DNA of 63,039 bases, the filler included, from Collodictyon triciliatum (lineage: Eukaryota): NCBI GenBank assembly GCA_043381765.1. It is 5 parts of 5 records of this genome, joined end to end, with 100 filler letters (N's around TTAATTAATTAA, not from the genome) between each part and the next. Parts side by side here need not be neighbours in the genome. Positions count along the whole stretch, not along the records: positions 43,212 to 56,188 come from JBHJMP010000205.1; positions 56,289 to 63,039 come from JBHJMP010000212.1; 3 more parts are not named here. One strand, written 5' to 3'. The notes below the pieces were generated by a model that saw only the letters and a program-made list of their open reading frames with translations, did not search any database and was not told where the DNA came from. Positions within the stretch are counted from its first letter, which is position 1. Every line of letters starts with the position of its first letter. Of this stretch, positions 53,590 through 63,039 are shown piece after piece. Position numbers and translations under genes: made by a program.

Positions 53590-56121
53590 GTCCAGCCTCT
53601 TGAAAGGTTATCTTTTGAATCACCTGCTGAGCTTGTCCGTTCCCTTCTTATTTTTTCTTCTTCGCACTCTATGGCAGTGTTTAAAAAAGAAAAAGAAAAG
53701 AAAAAGGGAGCTCTTTGTTATGTTACGAGGGATTATCATCGAGTCCCACTTGTTGCACTCAGGTTTTTGCAGTTCTGTTCTTGGGCGTTGAGCTACCTTC
53801 TTTCACCCTTGCTGTTCTTCAAATCTCTCTTGCTTCTTCTCCCGGCTGTTATTTATTTCACGAGTATTATGACAGCACATCTTTGCCATAATACCGATTT
53901 TTTTCTCTTTCTTTCTTTCTCCTTCTTTTCCTTTGCCCTGGCTGTTGGCAACTTGCTGGTCTACCTTTCCTTTATGCTATGTGTTCTAAATAAACGAATA
54001 CAACATATCTGTAGTGTGTTGGCTGGGCAGATATCGGTCGTCTCTTTGCCGCTTCATTTCATTTTATTTTATTTTGTTCCTGTTTGTTTTACTCGCGAGT
54101 TTCTGAAGTTTTGGCTTTTTTCTGGACAGAAGGCTGGTTGGACTCCTTTGGCAGCTATTTTTCATTTTCATGTTATCATTAAATAACCATCTCGTATGTT
54201 GAACCATAGCGTATGAAAATATGATAGACATATATAATGGTGGACTCGAAAAGCGAGAGGAGAATTTAATATAAGAAAAAAAAAAGTACCATCCTGCACA
54301 AAATTGAAGGGGAGAATAAAAAAAAAAAATAAGAAAAAAAGAAAAGCATGCTATTTAAATATACCCTTTTTAATTTTTTCTTCGGCATTATTGTCTCGTG
54401 TTTTTGGATTCTGGTATTTTCGGGACTTTCATCGTCATTCTGAAGTCTTTGCAGCTCCTGCACCATTACCAAAAAGTAGATAAAAATCATGTTTTAAATG
54501 ACCATGTTTCAGCAATAATGTCATACGCACGAAGACAAATAACAAATAACAAAATAACAAATATCTAAACGAAAAACAGAAACAAACCAGTCTGCCTAGC
54601 TTATGATTTTTTTCTTGTCAATATAAAAATAATCGTATTCCAGGAAAATGGAATATAAAATAAAATTACAATATCACGATATCTCTTTCTATCGCCTCCA
54701 AAGTCAGCCTCTTTCAGTCGCTATGTAGCGAGTCGATAAATAGAAAATTAATTATGATACGAGCTGTGTGAAAATGCATTGGCTACGTAAGACTATTATT
54801 CGCAAGAAAGGAAATTACAAATTTCTCAGTTCGTGCCACTTTGGAAACTTTGTTAAGAAGCTTCAAAACCTCATTTTCCACTGTTTCATGGAGAGTAAGC
54901 TTCTTCCCTATGTTCAAAGTGCGAGTGTACTTATTTTAAAAAGAATCTAATATTTACCATAATTTCTCTAAAGTTTTCTTCCAAGTATTGCTATCGCCTT
55001 TCAAATCAAAACATAAATATAAAACCGAATGTATACCGATTTTTTCCTCGATATTGTGAATAAGATGAATGTCATTTTCTCCGATGAAAGTAATAGCATT
55101 TCCAGCACGTCCTAGTTTAGTTTAAGTCGAAATGATACATCCAACTACAATCAAGTGTAATCTTCTTTAAAGCTTCGTTGGATGAGCGTATTATACTTCA
55201 CTCGCATATGTATCAATTGAAGGAATTATATGAGAACATTAAATTATACCAGCGCGAGCAGTACGACCAACTCGATGTATATAATTAGACGGATCGATTG
55301 GTACGTCGTAGTTAATGACAAGCTCTACAATTGGAATATCAAGACCCCTGTAATTATTATTTTTTTAAAAACTATATATGAATGTAACCAATATGTAAAA
55401 GCTGCAAATGTGAAAACATCAAATACCAATACCAGATGATTGTGGATTCTATCTAGTCAGATATATCCAATATAATATATTTGATTGTAATATGGAAGAC
55501 ATATCTTGATATTCGAAAAAGGTAGATTATCACAAACCTGCTGGCAACGTCTGTAGCAATTAAAATAGATACACTACCGGATCTGAACTTGGATAATGAT
55601 GCAAGTCTCTCTGGTTGACTTAGCTGTCATTTGAAAGTGAATTAATGAGTAATAATAATAATAAAAAAAATAAAGGGGATTGTTTCCAAGTAAAAAAATA
55701 AAAGCATTGTGCCTTGGAGTTACATTTAAGTGGGGCACACAAAGATAATTTAGGGACAGGAAAAGTATTGTAAGACTCACAATCGAGTGCATGCATGCGA
55801 CTTTGAATCCAAGTGATTTCAAAGTGTTATTAAGGTACTGAGACCCACTAATCAGTCGAAGTCGATATATTCAAAGCAAATATTTATAAAACTGGTTCAT
55901 GATAAAAGAAAAAATTGCTTCGCCAATAATTCAGTGAGTACAGTACTAATATAGTGTAGAAACTTACAAACAAGTGGAAACAAATATTATGATGGAAGAT
56001 TTTGTATTTTTTTGCAGAACATGAAACAAGTAACAGTCCTTAACAGCATCGGGGATAAACAAATATTCTTCTTTCAAAGAGTCCACGGTTGATATGCTAG
56101 TATAAAATTCATTAGAGTTTG

Positions 56122-56188
<67 letters not shown>

Positions 56189-56232
56189 NNNNNNNNNNNN
56201 NNNNNNNNNNNNNNNNNNNNNNNNNNNNNNNN

Positions 56233-56244
56233 TTAATTAATTAA
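56233..56244. other. Artificial contig linker
   Basis: TTAATTAATTAA within N run. Confidence 0.9.
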
Positions 56245-56516
56245 NNNNNNNNNNNNNNNNNNNNNNNNNNNNNNNNNNNNNNNNNNNNAAAAAAACACAC
56301 AAAAAAACACACAAAAAAACACACAAAAAAACACACAAAAAAACACACAAAAAAACACACAAAAAAACACACAAAAAACACACAAAAAACACACAAAAAA
56401 CACACAAAAACACAAAATAAAAAATTTCGAGAGGTGGAAAACAAAGAATGTACTCTCCCGCACCGCGGCCTCTTTTTCTTCGCTGCCAAATGATGACAAT
56501 TGTAACCACCACACAG

Positions 56517-58740
56517 ATGAGCGACAGGATCGGTCATATTGCTCGCTACTGGGATATTACAAGCTCGAGTAACGAAAGTAGCGATTCAAAAGAAGAGGAG
56601 CCGCGATCGAGTGAGTCCACATATGGTGGCGAGAAAGAACTCGAATCTGGGGGAGAAAGCGACGATACAATCGAGTTCGTCGGAGTGCAGGAAGCCAGCT
56701 TCCCCAGGACAAGTAAGCGAGCATTGGTTTTTCATCGAGGAAGGGCTGAAGGTCAACCTAGCTCTGTATCTCGTCAGTACCATGAACCTGGGCCAGGGAA
56801 TAGAGGTACCATGAGTTTATAGTCTTTTTATTTTTTTTTTAAAAATAAAACCCCTTTCTTAGTCTTTCAATTCACTGATTCAGAGTATGTTTATGCTTGT
56901 TATTGAAGCCGAAAACTCTCAAATCAGCTGCTGATTAATACAGCTTTTACTATAACACGAATAACAAAAAAAATCAATTTTTCTTTTGTCGGTTTATAGT
57001 AAGCCACCTTTTTCTCATCTGATTATGGCCATGTCTTATTTACATCTAAAAAAAGAAACTTACGCTAATAAAATGAATTGTTTACTGCTCTTATACATAC
57101 CTCTACATTACATGGTGTTTTGAAATCTTTACGTATGATGATATTCTGTTGCTCAATCAGAATTATGCAAGTAATTAAATACACCTATTCTACCCACCAA
57201 ATATAAATTAAAAACAGTCAAGAGAGTTGTGGAACTGCAAGATAACTTTACTAGCGAAAGGAAACGAATAACTCACGAATGTTTGGAATGGACTAGTTTG
57301 GAAAATCACAGATTGAGATCTGATACGACTGAGAGAAATAACAACCGATTTACTGATAAAATGACTATCAGTTCTGCAGGTCATACTAAAGAGTTCATCA
57401 ATTCACGACATAAGCAGACTCAAAACTCTATAGGTTTTTTAAATACTGATATCGCGCACAAAAATTCATTGTACAGACCATTCTTTATTCAATCTACTTC
57501 CTTTTCCTCTTATATTTTGATGAATGCTCTAGTGATCATGAATTTATCTTAAAAATCTGAAAAATGTAACATTTAGATAAGGAATTAAGAGAACTGGACG
57601 TCTTCGACAGTGGTGAAGAGAACCATCATGATGATGAATCGCAATCATCAACCTCGTGTAAGATGCTTTTCTGTGGAATGCAACAACATTTACAATACAT
57701 ATACTTGTATCTAAAGGTTCTTTCATAACAATAGCCTATAATATTTCTGTACTTTTTCATGCCAATTACGGAATGGACTGCATATCATGTCATTTCTATG
57801 TATTGGATATAAAATTAATTATCTAGAAGTCTATTTGACACCATTCATCAAATTCATAAATTGATGATGTGCTCATTGATGTAGGGTTGAATTCTAAAAT
57901 GGATGCACCAGCTTCAAAGACTGATCATTTTGCCAGAGGCACATTGACAAGAACAAAGTCTTGTCAACAAGTTGATGTCATTGACTTAGATTCTGGGGAA
58001 AATGATAACTTTGGGAATTGCTTTGAGAATGAATCAACTTCATCAACAAATATGAACCAAACACGTTCCCCATCGGACATTATGACGAATATTCCTATTT
58101 TATTACCTTACGAACCTCTACAATTCAAAGAAAGAGAACGTGTAAACATATTCGACAATAAATGCAAACCACTTATCAATCTATCAGACAATAGTCGAAC
58201 TAATTACAATTCCTCTGAAATAATTGGCTCGTTTACCAATATCATAACGCAAGTGGAATTAGATGACAGTGACATTGAAGAGGCTGGTGAAATAAGTGAA
58301 GATCTTTCACAGTTCCAGGATACTGACCAGTACATTGGAGCAAAATACAAATTTCATGGCCAGGATAGCAATTCATCCTACCGTGATGAAGTGGAATTAC
58401 CCAGCAAGGGGCAAATAGACAACCAAAATGGGATCGAGGCACCAAAAACAATCAACGTGATCAAATCCACATATGAAAATTATGGGATTGCGAGAAATTA
58501 TGCACTTAACCAAAAAATTGATGAAAGAGCTGCCCTGTCAGATAATAAAGGTTGTGACCCTGCCATGGATTGCCAACTTTCTGATGAAGTAACCACTTTG
58601 TTAGGCAGAATTTCTGAGAATGTCGATGGTGGGTATTTATAAAAAGAGTTTTTAACGAATCACATCGAAGTATTTGCTATAAATGAATCGATATATAAAT
58701 GATACAAAAGGGATATACTTTCTAAATAATTGCTTTAATG

Positions 58741-58775
<35 letters not shown>

Positions 58776-58800
58776 GATAATAATAATGATAATAATAATG

Positions 58801-58876
<76 letters not shown>

Positions 58877-61083
58877 TAATAATGATAATAATGATAATAA
58901 TAATAATGATAATAATAATAAGATCCACTATGCAGTATTGGTTCCCTACCATTTTAAAATAGAGTCTTATGGTTATCTATTCAAATATGTTAGATGCGAC
59001 CATGAGTGTTGGGCCTGACTCCAATCCAGATCACACAGATTCTATAAATTGGGAGGCCGATGGAAATTTATATGCATTCACCAGTTGTCCGAATCATTCA
59101 GATTCTAATCATGATAAATTAGTTATCAACTCTAAGAAACAAATCGATAATGAAATAAATCTAGTGACAAAGGATTTACCGTCGAATTCAACGAGGCATA
59201 TTACTCCATTTTCATACGAAATAATGGAAGAGTCTTTACCTAACCTTGGAACACTCGATACCGAAATGAATTTAAGTAGAATACGACAAGGAATCCTAGA
59301 AACAGAATTATTATGTAACCAGTTCGCCCATATGATACAATTGCTTGAAAGAAAGCTCGTCACTATCGAAGAACTCATAATACTACAATCTGAAAATGCA
59401 ACAGAAAACGAGACAAAAATGCAAGAATTTGCTGGATTAAAATCTCATTATAGTGAAATGTGCCATGATATTCATGCAGAGATTATTAGGCGACAGGCAC
59501 GGTCTATGATAGAAGAGGAATTAATGTCGTCACTATTTACCAGAGAGGTAGGTACTCACGAGATAGTGCCTCCTGTCCTTGGCGAGAATTCTAAACCTAT
59601 GGGGGGTATCAATCCAGATCCATCGACTATTGGCAAGGATCATATCATCAAAGAAATTATCACTGCACAAAAAACATACGAAATAAGTAATGAAAATGAT
59701 TCCACCAACCCACACACAATTTACCCTCTAGAGTTACAAGAATCGGTAATTGATTTAATGCCCATCGTGACTATAATTCTGAAATTGCTATTTGAACGAA
59801 GCGAGTATATACTTTATTTTCTCTGTCAAAACTGACATAGTTAATATTAATTCAACACAATAATTTGAGAAATTTTAAAAAGGAGGTTTCCGGTCACTCC
59901 CTCGTCACAGAATTAAAACTGCTATGCGAACCTGAAGTTAGTACAGGGGCTCAGCCCTCACCATCAAAAAGTCGTCCGATCGCTTTTCAGAACGATGAAA
60001 ACGATAATCAAATTTCTGAGTCCATGACAAAAGTGAACACCGAGACAACTAATCACTCAAGTAAAAGGTATAACTCATTCGATACGACCGAATTGAATGC
60101 CAATAACGCACCACAATATGCTCCACTGCGTGTGTCTCAAAGTGATATGAAGAAGAAAAAATCACCTGGAAACTTGATCTCAAAGTACAATTATTCATAA
60201 TTTAGACCAACATATGGGTGTATAAATTTTGCGTGATTTGATTACTCTGTCTTGTTTTGATATCTTTGAATGGAACATGATTATTTGAAATAAGTTCGGA
60301 ATACATACACAAGCCATGAAGTTCTTTTTATTTTCCAAATTTACAGAGAATATTACAGAAAACCTGATATACATGGGATAATTTGTCCCTTTGAACTACA
60401 CGGAACATGTAATGATGACCGTTGCGCATACCAGCATATTTTCGACTACGAAAAGAGTGGTTTGATTTTATTTTCGTTCTCGGAGGATTCTGCAATATTT
60501 AATTTTATACTCTATTTGGGATATGAAAATTAATTCTTTTCCTTTTACATAATTTTATGTGTTAAAAAAAATTGCAAAGCCTTTCAATATTATGTGCGTG
60601 TTTCGTGGAAATTGAAGTATGGTACTCAGTAACTATTTTAAACCAGGGTGTGGCACAAATGCAGATCCCAACTCTTTTGAATCAGCAGCACGTGTATGTA
60701 AATTATATGTTTAAAGATGAATCCAAATATGAAAATATTACAATTTTTCTACGTCTTTTTTTTTTTTGCACAACTACCGCAAATTACTGCCATTTTTATC
60801 TTTTATTTATCTTCGTTCTTTTACTTTTGTGATGATGTTCTTTTTATTTTTGTCTTCGGCAGCACTGAATCATTTCGAAGAAATTAAGAGAACTAAAAAA
60901 AAAAAAAAAAAAAAAAAAAATTTTTTTTTTTTTTTTTTTAATAAAAAAAAAAAAAAAATTTTTTGTTTTTTTTTTTTTTTTAANNNNNNNNNNNNNNNNN
61001 NNNNNNNNNNNNNNNNNNNNNNNNNNNNNNNNNNNNNNNNNNNNNNNNNNNNNNNNNNNNNNNNNNNNNNNNNNNNNNNNNNN

Positions 61084-61140
<57 letters not shown>

Positions 61141-62925
61141 GTTTCGATCTCTTATACACCATGCATAACAGTATATGATGAAAAATCATAAACAGTGTTT
61201 TTTTTTTGTATGTATATTATGGGACTAACGACAAAATAATAATAATAAAAAAATTAGGATTTGCACCATGAACACCAATCATGGACATATAGTATTTACA
61301 ACCAACTTGACATGAACTTGAAGAGCAAGTCCAGGAAAATTCTAGCATATATCGAGGAAGATAATGAAGATGAAGGTTTATTTTAAAAATTAAAATGAAT
61401 GATTATGTCTTTTTTTTTTTTTGAATTATTAACCCGAAGTAATCACAACCTCGATATAATGAAATTACATGGAATTTTTAGAGTATGAAACGGATAAAAG
61501 GTATTGGTCACAAAGTCGACCTGACGACTCCACCACCCAAAAACAAGAAATTCTAATGGATGAGTCTACTTTGGTTTGCTATTAGTGTTTACATATATTA
61601 CTTATAGTCAACACTCATCCCTTTTAAAATCCCATCAAGTAACCTATACATTACACACATACAAAAAAATAATGCAGAGGGACATAATGAAATTTGCATG
61701 CATGAAACGAGAGCACCCTCAATTAGAAGCCTTACTAGGTGAATTAAAATTGTCGTACATTAAGTCCAAAAAAATGGACTATATGGTTCTTTACCTAAAG
61801 GTTTGTTATAGATTACTTGATTATTTAAATTGATTTATTTCAGGAAGGTGAAAGCGTAGTAATGAATTCATGATTGATTAATATCGGACTATTGCAAATT
61901 TGCCTACTTCTACTATCCGACCTTTTGGACAATTTTTTTTTTTTTGGGAAAGAGACCACCAAAAGATCAATGACCACTTATTTGTTGGATAATGATGCGA
62001 CTATGAAAGCCATTTTCATTCCAATTATTTAGTTTACTAACCACCTTCAAATCGTAAGTTACTTGAGTTGATTCCGAGATTTCTTACGTCATTCCAAAAA
62101 GAAACTCTGGAGATACTTAAGGAGCATCCGGAGTCGATACCCATATGGTCCATGTAATACTATAATGATAAATTGAAACATAAATTCCAGTTGCTTTCTC
62201 AATATTTTTCAGGTTCATTAGCCACGATGTGAAGTCCATCGACCGAGAGCGAATATTTGAGATGGCCATCAAGCACTTTAAACCAAGTACGATATCTGCC
62301 TCACTTTAGAACCACAATGAAAATTCTCAAAGACACACTTTTTTCTGTCGATATTACATTGATGAGTTGACTATTAAATGCCTTATTACACAATATATAG
62401 CAAATAACGTCTCGTCAAGCCAAGCAACGTTTATTTTGGCGTATACTCTCATACAAGCGTTAATAACATCCGATGAAGTCGATAAGGCTCGGAAAGTGTT
62501 CCGAAAATTAATCACTCAATATTCAGTAAGAAAACTGCTAGGATTAGTTCTCATCATAGTCACTTTTGTCTAAGGGCTATTAATTCTCTCCTTTTTCAAT
62601 CAGGAAAGGAACGACTTCATATCACCGTTGCACCTTACATATCTTAAGATTTACTATTTCTACTTTTGCTTTTATCTGGATTTACCATCGATAAATGAGT
62701 GTGATTTGGTCCATAATTCCATACTCATTTTAGATTTTGAACGGGATTATAAGAGCGGTAAGCATTGAACAGAATTAGTTCACATCATTTGATAGAATAC
62801 ATTTAGATGTGATCCCATTTAAACTAAAATTTTCTTTAGTTTATTTGGGCCAGCTATTCGAGTTACTTGAATTTGAGATAGATTGCATCCCAAACAAAGT
62901 GAAATCTCATGACGTCGAAAATAAG
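56517..62925 (+). CDS. ZFC3H1/Red1-like protein (disordered N-terminus, zf-C3H1, HAT/TPR-like helices), 3' partial
   Basis: Exon at about 60346-60459 encodes ICPFELHGTCNDDRCAYQH (zf-C3H1 pattern). Later exons LKEHPESIPIWS, RERIFEMAIKHF and VDKARKVFRKLI are HAT-like. Attachment of the upstream low-complexity exons is inferred. Confidence 0.6.
58737..58920. repeat. (AAT/GAT)n microsatellite
   Basis: Trinucleotide run; similar (AAT)n at 7854-7948 and 14427-14525. Confidence 0.95.
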
Positions 62926-63039
62926 TATAATAAGAATGCTAATAAAACCATGGCTTTGTTTTTTTTTTTTCGTTTTTTGTTTGTTTGTTTGTTTGTTTGT
63001 TTGTTTGTTTGTTTGTTTGTTTGTTTGTTTGTTTGTTTG

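Overview
AT-rich, intron- and microsatellite-rich eukaryotic (protist-like; species not identifiable here) genomic DNA. It is joined from five pieces by artificial N-TTAATTAATTAA-N linkers, so synteny across those points is not assured. Multi-exon genes: an LRR protein tail, a TTLL6/13-like tubulin glutamylase, a tandem-domain RasGAP, Rab5 plus a divergent Rab5-like paralog, RP2/XRP2, a sulfotransferase, NDUFB4-like, STARD3-like, SIZ/PIAS SUMO ligase, CCT7, MLO and ZFC3H1-like. There is also a single-exon LEA-like gene. Main discovery candidate: a decayed Fanzor1 (TnpB-like RNA-guided nuclease) element at about 17354-19419(-) with a structured omegaRNA-like 3' region ending TTGAATCGAATAAAGG. 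That terminus recurs elsewhere as tiny 5'-truncated, mostly A-tailed inserts flanked by 15-18 bp target-site duplications (inserts starting at 11081, 28112, 28606, 29832, 50094), and at the end of a second structured non-coding element (about 19901-20188). This is the signature of target-primed reverse transcription and suggests a Fanzor/omegaRNA mobilised as a retroposon. Second oddity: both Rab genes carry an AT-AC intron with a non-consensus donor (ATACCAG) at the same codon.
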